The translations under genes and the position numbers were made by a program. Of a stretch of 32,000 bases of DNA, positions 26,338 through 32,000 are shown piece by piece (positions within the stretch are counted from its first letter, which is position 1; each line of letters opens with the position of its first letter). The stretch covers positions 990,001-1,022,000 of the forward strand of contig NZ_CP008796.1 of the NCBI RefSeq assembly GCF_000734015.1, read 5' to 3'. The notes under the pieces are model-generated. The model made no database searches. It worked only from the letters and a program-made list of their open reading frames with translations, and was not told the DNA's origin. This DNA is from Thermodesulfobacterium commune DSM 2178. Lineage in GTDB: Bacteria > Desulfobacterota > Thermodesulfobacteria > Thermodesulfobacteriales > Thermodesulfobacteriaceae.

Positions 26338-27668
26338 AATATAAATTGTGTCTTTTAATAAAATATTTTAGAGGCATAATAAAAATTTTTAATATTTTTT
26401 AAATTAATGATAACATAAAACCTAAAAAACTAAACTAACCAGGAGGTCTTTAAAATGGGGAACTTAGACTTAGATTTAGAAAAAGTTTTAAGTGAAATCT
26501 CAAAAATTGAATCAAAAGAGGGTATCAAAATGGCTGCTGCACTCCTCTTAAACGCTCTCATGAAAAAAGAAAGAGAAATATTCCTTAGAGATAGTATTGA
26601 TAATAAAGCTAATGGTTACTATGAAAGACAACTTGCCTGTTTCTTAGGTAACCTTGGTATCTCTGTCCCAAGAGATAGAAAATCTGAATTCAGACCTGCT
26701 ATTCTTCCTCCTGAATGGCAAAAAGCTGATGAATCTTTCCAGGACTTTATCCTTAACCTCGTTCTCCAAAGCTACTCCCCCAATAAAATCAAAGCCCTCT
26801 TGCAATCTATGAAACTTCCCTACTCTCCAGAACAAATAGAAGAAATTAAAGAAGAATTGTATAACCAAGCCAAAGAATTAAAAACCAAAGAATTGCCAGA
26901 AAATTTGTTTGCTATGTTTATAGACGCTTATCATACTCAGATAAAAGATACCGAAGTCAACAGAATCAGAAAAGCAGTTATTTATAATATCATCGGGATA
27001 GATATGGAGGGAAGAAAAAATTTACTTTCTTATTACATTTATTTTGGTTCAGAGACGAAGGAGGACTGGCTCCAGATACTTAATGATTTGATAAAGAGGG
27101 GAGTTAAGAGGGTTATGGTAATAGTGAGTGATGATTTTCCTGGCCTTACTCAAGCCATAAAAGCCCTTTTTCCTGAGACAGATCATCAGCTTTGTTTTGT
27201 ACACATGCAAAGGAACATCAACAGGAACATGTCTAAGCAGGATGCTAAAAAATTTTATGAGGAGTTAAGCATTATAAAGAGGATAGAGGAGTATGAGAGG
27301 GCCTTAATTAGATTTGAGGAATTATGTAAGAGTTATGAGAAGAAGTATCCAGCTTATATAAAGGGACTTTTGAAAAAGAAGGAGCATTATTTTGTTTATA
27401 AGAAATATCCTGAGGGGGTGAGGAGGTATATATACACGACGAATGTGGTTGAGAATATAAATAGCAGGATAGAGCTGATAAGGGTAAATACAGGGGGATA
27501 TTTTCAATCAATCAAGACAGCAGAGGTTGCGATATACATAACAGTAAGTCGGATTCAGAAAATGAGATGGCAAAAACCACTTCTTTTAATTAAGTCTGCT
27601 TTATACGAATTGAGGCAAATGTTTGTGAAGAGATTTTATAAGGAGACACAATTCTCTTGACAAGTGTC
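26330..27668 (+). mobile_element. IS256-family element 'IS-B', full-length copy (1339 bp)
   Basis: The left end is GGGAGTAGAATATAAATTGTGTCT. The right end is ...AGGAGACACAATTCTCTTGACAAGTGTC. Both carry the subterminal AATTGTGTCT motif 14-15 nt from the tip, as do both IS-A ends. The right end is followed by the 8-bp TSD. Confidence 0.88.
26455..27660 (+). CDS. IS256/Mutator-family DDE transposase (IS-B), apparently intact
   Basis: 401 aa. The DDE candidates are MFIDAYH, IVSDDFPGL and YIYTTNVVENINSRIE. AGGAGGT lies 7 nt upstream. The stop codon is inside the right IR. Confidence 0.92.
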   Translation: MGNLDLDLEKVLSEISKIESKEGIKMAAALLLNALMKKEREIFLRDSIDNKANGYYERQLACFLGNLGISVPRDRKSEFRPAILPPEWQKADESFQDFILNLVLQSYSPNKIKALLQSMKLPYSPEQIEEIKEELYNQAKELKTKELPENLFAMFIDAYHTQIKDTEVNRIRKAVIYNIIGIDMEGRKNLLSYYIYFGSETKEDWLQILNDLIKRGVKRVMVIVSDDFPGLTQAIKALFPETDHQLCFVHMQRNINRNMSKQDAKKFYEELSIIKRIEEYERALIRFEELCKSYEKKYPAYIKGLLKKKEHYFVYKKYPEGVRRYIYTTNVVENINSRIELIRVNTGGYFQSIKTAEVAIYITVSRIQKMRWQKPLLLIKSALYELRQMFVKRFYKETQFS

Positions 27669-28506
27669 ACTTCATCAACCCCTCCCTCGCTTCCTCCCGA
27701 TCCCCCGCCCTGTAAATACCTTTTAAGCTCTCTGCTACCCTCTCTCTGTCCTTATTCCTCACTTTCCTTAAACTACCCCTCACAGCATGCAGTACACAAA
27801 GCTGAAATCTTGCACCAGGAATTTCTATCCTCACTGCCTCCTTTAGTCCCCTCAATCCGTCTCCTATCACTACCTCTACCCTCTTTAGCCCCCTACCTTT
27901 AAGCTCTACCAATACCTCTCTCCAATTATTCGCACTCTCACCCTCAGAACCAAAAAGCCAAAAACCCAAAATCTCCCTTCTCCCCTCATACGTAAGCCCA
28001 ACAACCACATATACCGGCTCCTTACTAACACTCCCTCTCCTTACACTTAAAAACGTAGCATCTACATATAAAGCAAAATACTCCTCCTCTACCTCTCGAT
28101 TCCTCCATCTATCTATCTCTTGAGTCGTTACCTCTATAAGTCGACTAATACTTGCAGGAGAGTAATAAACTCCATAAATCGTTTCCATAAATCGAGAAAC
28201 ATCTCTAACACTTGACCCAGAAGCAAATAATCCAAGAATTACTTCTCCAAGATCAAGAGATGCTCTTCTTTTTTCTGGAAGGATTTTCGGTCTAAAATCT
28301 CCTTCTCTGACTCTGGGTACTTTAAGATTATCCAGAGCACCAAACTTTGTAATAAGACTTCTGGTATAAAACCCATTTCCTTTAGTTTCAGGATGTTCAT
28401 CAAGGTATATTCTTCGTTCTTCTAAAGCCAGAGCTTCTATGGTTTCCTTTACTACTCTTTTAACTTCATTTTCAATGAAATTATACATGTCTTTTAAATC
28501 TTTCAT
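27667..28506 (-). pseudogene. IS-A transposase, N-terminal fragment
   Basis: LYVDATFLSV and VVIGDGLRGL (first two acidic motifs of the IS256 family). The frame ends with TGA created at the IS-B junction, right after ...GLMK. Confidence 0.88.
27669..27676. repeat. Target-site duplication (right copy) of the IS-B insertion
   Basis: ACTTCATC sits immediately right of the IS-B right end and is identical to 25350-25357. Confidence 0.85.
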
Positions 28507-28622
28507 AGGCTTCCCCTCCTTCTTAATTTTGAGGTTAACTTTATCATTTTTCCCAGGAGAGGGAGCCCTTACCCCCTAAAATTTAGACACAATTAATGAA
28601 ACACTACCGAGACAGAATGAAT

Positions 28623-28678
28623 TTAAATGTTGATTTTCGATGAATTTTTTTATTAAATGTTAATTTTCGATGAATTTT
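28623..28678. repeat. Two 26-bp direct repeats with 30-bp period
   Basis: TTAAATGTTGATTTTCGATGAATTTT (28623-28648) and TTAAATGTTAATTTTCGATGAATTTT (28653-28678) are 25/26 identical. A partial third GAATGAATTT lies at 28614-28623. Confidence 0.8.
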
Positions 28679-28740
28679 CTAATTATAAAAAATTAGAATC
28701 CCAAATCTAAGAATGATAATTTCTGGAGATAAAAGGGGGG

Positions 28741-28768
28741 TTCTACCGAGGAATTAACCCCGGTAGAA
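28741..28768 (-). terminator. Probable intrinsic terminator of lon
   Basis: TTCTACCG (28741-28748) pairs with CGGTAGAA (28761-28768), extendable by flanking G/C. On the lon strand the hairpin is followed by CCCCCCTTTTATCT. It lies 33 nt past the lon stop. Confidence 0.55.
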
Positions 28769-28800
28769 ACCCTAATAAATAAGTAGACCTATGCTTATAC

Positions 28801-31221
28801 TTAATGTTCTAAAGTTATAGTTTTTTCTGCAAGTTTTTGTTGTAGGTCTACCAATTCCCAGACATCTAACGTTGGAGCTTCTTTGAAGAGTTTCGAACTA
28901 TCTTGAAGGTCTAACGCAAGCTTTAAGACTTCATCGACATTATCCACCAAAATAATCTCTAAATCTTTCAATATCTTGGGATTTATCTCCTTTAAATCTT
29001 TTTCGTTTTCTTTAGGAATAAGTACTGTCTTAATCCCACCTCTTATGGCTGCAAGAAGTTTTTCTTTAAGTCCACCTATAGGAAGTACCCTACCTCTTAA
29101 AGTAATCTCACCAGTCATGGCGACAGTATTTTTCACCGGTATTTTTAATAGTGCTGAAACTATTGCAGTTGCGATGGTAATACCTGCACTTGGACCATCT
29201 TTAGGAATAGCTCCTTCGGGTACATGCACATGAATATCTATCTTTCTATAAAAATCTAAAGGCAGTCCAAGCTGAAGAGCCCTTGACCTTACATAGCTCA
29301 TAGCTGCTTGTACTGACTCTTGCATGACCTCACCAAGTTTTCCGGTTATCTGAAGATTATCTTTACCTGGCATGATAACCGCTTCTATCTGAAGCAAAGC
29401 TCCTCCAGTTTCAGTCCAAGCAAGTCCTGTAGCAATCCCTACTTGAGGTTTTTCTTCAGCGATCCCATACCTGTACTTAGGTACCCCTAAAAACTTTTCT
29501 AACTTAGAAACCCCTATCTTTATCGGCTTAAACTCCTCAGGATTCTTAGCCACCTCTCTGGCTATTTTTCTACAAATGTTAGCAATCTCTCTTTCTAAAT
29601 TTCTTACTCCAGCTTCTCTGGTATACCTTCTAATTATTTCAAGCAAAGCCTTTTCAGTAATAGGTACCATCTCAGGTTTTAATCCATGAGCAGAAAGTTG
29701 TCTTGGGAGAAGATAGTTTCTGGCTATCTCTAATTTTTCTTCTTCAGTATATCCAGGAATTTCGATAATCTCCATCCTGTCAAGTAATGGCGCAGGGATA
29801 GTATAAAGAGAGTTAGCTGTAGTAATAAAGAGTACCTGGGAAAGGTCATAAGGAACTTCTAAATAATGATCCTGAAAGGCAAAATTCTGTTCTGGGTCTA
29901 AAACCTCTAACAAGGCAGCTGCAGGATCACCTCTAAAGTCCATACCTATCTTATCTACCTCATCTAAGCAAAAAACGGGATTTATGGTACCTGCCTTTCT
30001 CATGCCTTGAATGATCTTACCAGGTAAAGCCCCTACATAGGTTCTTCTATGTCCTCTGATCTCTGCTTCATCCCTTACACCACCTAACGATATCCTTACA
30101 AACCTTCTTCCTATAGCCTCAGCTATAGACTTAGCTAACGAGGTTTTTCCAACTCCAGGAGGTCCTACAAAACAAAGAATAGGCCCTTTGATGGACTTGG
30201 TAAGCTTTTGCACTGCAAGATGCTCTATAATCCTCTGTTTAGGCTTCTCTAATCCATAATGATTTTTGTTAAGTAAAAATTCTACCTTTTCTAAATCTAT
30301 GTTATCTTTAGTTTTTTCATACCAAGGAAGGCTTAACAACCAGTCTATATAGTTTCTAACTACCGTAGCCTCCGCAGACATCGGAGACATCATAGAAAGT
30401 TTGTTAAATTCTTTCCTTACTATCGCAGCTACTTCCTTAGGTAATTTTTTCTTTTTGATACGCTTTTCTAACTCGGCAAGATCCTTTCTTCCATCCTCCC
30501 GTTCTCCAAGTTCTTTCTGGATGGCTTTCATCTGTTCCTGGAGATAATAGTCTCTCTGGGTCTTTTCCATCTGCTTCTTGACCCTTTCTCTGATACGAGC
30601 CTCAGTTTTTATAACTTCTATCTCACCTCTTAGATAGTTAAGCAAAATTTCTAAACGTTTTTTAACGCTGATTGTCTCAAGAAGCTTTTGTTTCTGTTCT
30701 AATTTAAGGTTTAAAATAGCAGCTAAACGGTCGCTAAACTCTGCTATATCTTCAATTTCTAAAAGATTAGAAACTGCATCTAAATTAAGTTTTTTGTTAT
30801 AATTAGAATATTCTTCTAAGGATTCTTTGCAAAGCTTAAAAAGAGCTATACTTTCTACGTCATTCTCTAATAACTCTGTCTTAGGTTCAACCTCAACCAT
30901 AAAAAAGTCTACATTCTCAAGAAACCTTATAATCCTTCCTCTACTAAGACCTTCTACCAAGATCTTTAAAGTACCATCAGGAAGTTTAAGAAGCTGCAAA
31001 ATACGGCAGATGGTTCCTACTTTATAGATTTCCTCTTCTGTAGGATTGTCTATTTTAGCGTCTTTCTGAGCAGAAAGAAAAATAATTTTATCACCTGCAT
31101 AAGCTTTTTCTATGGCAAGTATACTTTTAGCCCTCCCAATAAAAAGAGGTACTACTGTATTGGGAAAAATTACTATCTCCCTTAATGGGAGTAAAGGTAA
31201 AGTTTTTAGTTGAGTTTCCAT
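28801..31221 (-). CDS. lon: ATP-dependent protease Lon (LonA)
   Basis: N-terminal LON substrate-binding domain ([13 protein letters not shown]), Walker [10 protein letters not shown], and the protease Ser site PKDGPSAGI with a downstream Lys. Length is 806 aa. Confidence 0.97.
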   Translation of the reverse strand: METQLKTLPLLPLREIVIFPNTVVPLFIGRAKSILAIEKAYAGDKIIFLSAQKDAKIDNPTEEEIYKVGTICRILQLLKLPDGTLKILVEGLSRGRIIRFLENVDFFMVEVEPKTELLENDVESIALFKLCKESLEEYSNYNKKLNLDAVSNLLEIEDIAEFSDRLAAILNLKLEQKQKLLETISVKKRLEILLNYLRGEIEVIKTEARIRERVKKQMEKTQRDYYLQEQMKAIQKELGEREDGRKDLAELEKRIKKKKLPKEVAAIVRKEFNKLSMMSPMSAEATVVRNYIDWLLSLPWYEKTKDNIDLEKVEFLLNKNHYGLEKPKQRIIEHLAVQKLTKSIKGPILCFVGPPGVGKTSLAKSIAEAIGRRFVRISLGGVRDEAEIRGHRRTYVGALPGKIIQGMRKAGTINPVFCLDEVDKIGMDFRGDPAAALLEVLDPEQNFAFQDHYLEVPYDLSQVLFITTANSLYTIPAPLLDRMEIIEIPGYTEEEKLEIARNYLLPRQLSAHGLKPEMVPITEKALLEIIRRYTREAGVRNLEREIANICRKIAREVAKNPEEFKPIKIGVSKLEKFLGVPKYRYGIAEEKPQVGIATGLAWTETGGALLQIEAVIMPGKDNLQITGKLGEVMQESVQAAMSYVRSRALQLGLPLDFYRKIDIHVHVPEGAIPKDGPSAGITIATAIVSALLKIPVKNTVAMTGEITLRGRVLPIGGLKEKLLAAIRGGIKTVLIPKENEKDLKEINPKILKDLEIILVDNVDEVLKLALDLQDSSKLFKEAPTLDVWELVDLQQKLAEKTITLEH

Positions 31222-31229
31222 AAGGTTAC

Positions 31230-32000
31230 CTACCCCTCCTTTATCTTTTTTCTATTAAAAATTAAGATGGGTCTTTCCTTTTTCAAGACCACCTCTTCAG
31301 TAACCACACACTCTTTTACATCTCCTAAGGAGGGGAGTTCATACATTACGTCCATCATCACCTCTTCTATAATAGCCCTAAGTCCTCTAGCTCCAGTTTT
31401 TCTTTTATAAGCCTCTTCTGCTACCAACCTCAAGGCTCCCTCAGTAAACTTAAGTTCAACCCCTTCTATCTCAAAAAGTTTTTGATATTGTTTAACAATC
31501 GAATTTTTAGGTTCTACTAAAATTCTAACCAAGTCATCCACAGAAAGCTCATCCAAAGTAGCAATTACCGGTATCCTACCTACAAACTCAGGGATAAAAC
31601 CAAACTTGATAAGGTCTTCTGGTTGGACTTGAGAAAGTATCTCTCCTAAAGTTAAATCTTTAACACTTTTTACCTCTGCCCCAAAACCTATAGAACCTTT
31701 ACCTATCCTTTTTTTGATGATGTCTTCCAAACCTACAAAGGCTCCACCACATATAAAAAGAATGTTGGTGGTGTCCATTCTGATGTATTCTTGTTGAGGA
31801 TGCTTTCTACCACCCTTAGGAGGAATATTAGCCAAAGTACCTTCTAAAATCTTAAGTAAAGCTTGTTGTACCCCTTCTCCTGAAACATCTCTTGTAATCG
31901 AGGGTCCTTCACTTTTTTTTGCGATCTTATCTATCTCGTCTATGTAAACAATCCCTCTTTGAGCCAACTCAAGGTCATAGTTAGCTGCTTGTAAAAGATA
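31230..32000 (-). CDS. clpX: ATP-dependent Clp protease ATP-binding subunit ClpX, C-terminal part; 5' end lies beyond the window
   Basis: The frame is open to base 32000 (...[26 protein letters not shown]...). Walker [10 protein letters not shown], pore/sensor motifs [21 protein letters not shown], and GARGLR sensor-2. The TTG at 31967 in the ORF track is an internal Leu. Confidence 0.95.
   Translation of the reverse strand, partial: YLLQAANYDLELAQRGIVYIDEIDKIAKKSEGPSITRDVSGEGVQQALLKILEGTLANIPPKGGRKHPQQEYIRMDTTNILFICGGAFVGLEDIIKKRIGKGSIGFGAEVKSVKDLTLGEILSQVQPEDLIKFGFIPEFVGRIPVIATLDELSVDDLVRILVEPKNSIVKQYQKLFEIEGVELKFTEGALRLVAEEAYKRKTGARGLRAIIEEVMMDVMYELPSLGDVKECVVTEEVVLKKERPILIFNRKKIKEG

Larger units (their letters stand above)
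25008..28610 (-). mobile_element. IS256-family element 'IS-A' (about 1284 bp once the insertion is removed), disrupted by IS-B
   Basis: Imperfect terminal IRs TCCATAGTGTTTATTTAATTGTGTCT (25008-25033) and the reverse complement of 28585-28610, TCGGTAGTGTTTCATTAATTGTGTCT (22/26 identical). The two transposase halves read continuously across the insertion (...EAREGLMK|FKERWGRIYPEV...). End coordinates are +/-3 bp. Confidence 0.8.

Noticed and set aside
25672-27511. Minus-strand ORFs 25672..25896 and 26644..26868 (duplicated 74-aa) and 27308..27511 / 27322..27507 inside IS-B
   Set aside because: They are antisense to the IS-B transposase. The duplication merely reflects the duplicated IS segment.
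27657-27902. 81-aa Pro/Ser/Leu-rich plus-strand ORF
   Set aside because: It is the antisense shadow of the GC-rich part of the IS-A transposase, and it starts inside the IS-B right IR.
28623-28678. A second CRISPR-like array
   Set aside because: Only two full 26-bp repeats separated by 4 bp, hence no spacers. They are unrelated to the 29-nt repeat at 24541-24700.
28976-31410. Plus-strand ORFs 28976..29233, 30827..31027 and 31210..31410
   Set aside because: They are antisense to lon and clpX.

Overview
AT-rich, tightly packed bacterial chromosome segment whose proteins are Glu/Lys/Ile-rich in the style of thermophiles. The gene content (a tungsten AOR-family enzyme, a two-subunit Tat-exported [NiFe] hydrogenase, hypC/hypD) suggests an anaerobic H2-using thermophile. 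The lineage guess, something like Thermodesulfobacteria, is inference only. About 26 kb is ordinary housekeeping. This comprises the AOR 3' end, hydrogenase small and large subunits, hypD-hypC and a CDP-alcohol phosphatidyltransferase. A long minus-strand run follows (HD hydrolase, mdh, PIN/TRAM protein, mutL, miaA, yicC, UbiA-type prenyltransferase, orphan ParA), many joined by overlapping stop/start codons. Then come an NCS2 purine permease, a lipoprotein, hisA, an RNase II/R-family enzyme, a receiver-GGDEF gene, an IMPase-Nudix fusion, a SIMPL-like secreted protein, tRNA-Asn(GTT), rho, lon and the clpX 3' part. The exception is a ~5.6 kb accessory island (about 23.2-28.8 kb) between convergent rho and lon. 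It holds (i) an orphan protein built from two diverged copies of a ~100-aa module with an invariant DHWWWHLDKI core, with its own promoter and strong terminator. It also holds (ii) a decaying mini-CRISPR array (3 good 29-nt repeats plus in-phase degenerate repeats on both sides) with no cas gene anywhere in the window. Finally (iii) there is a nested IS256-family pile-up: element IS-A is split by element IS-B with an intact 8-bp target duplication, IS-B is itself a 972-bp head fragment abutting a full 1339-bp copy, and IS-A lacks a target duplication. Outside the island, the GGDEF gene is split by a +1 frameshift in an A10 homopolymer. I found no complete, clearly novel multi-gene system. The orphan repeat protein beside the cas-less CRISPR relic is the best candidate for something undescribed.
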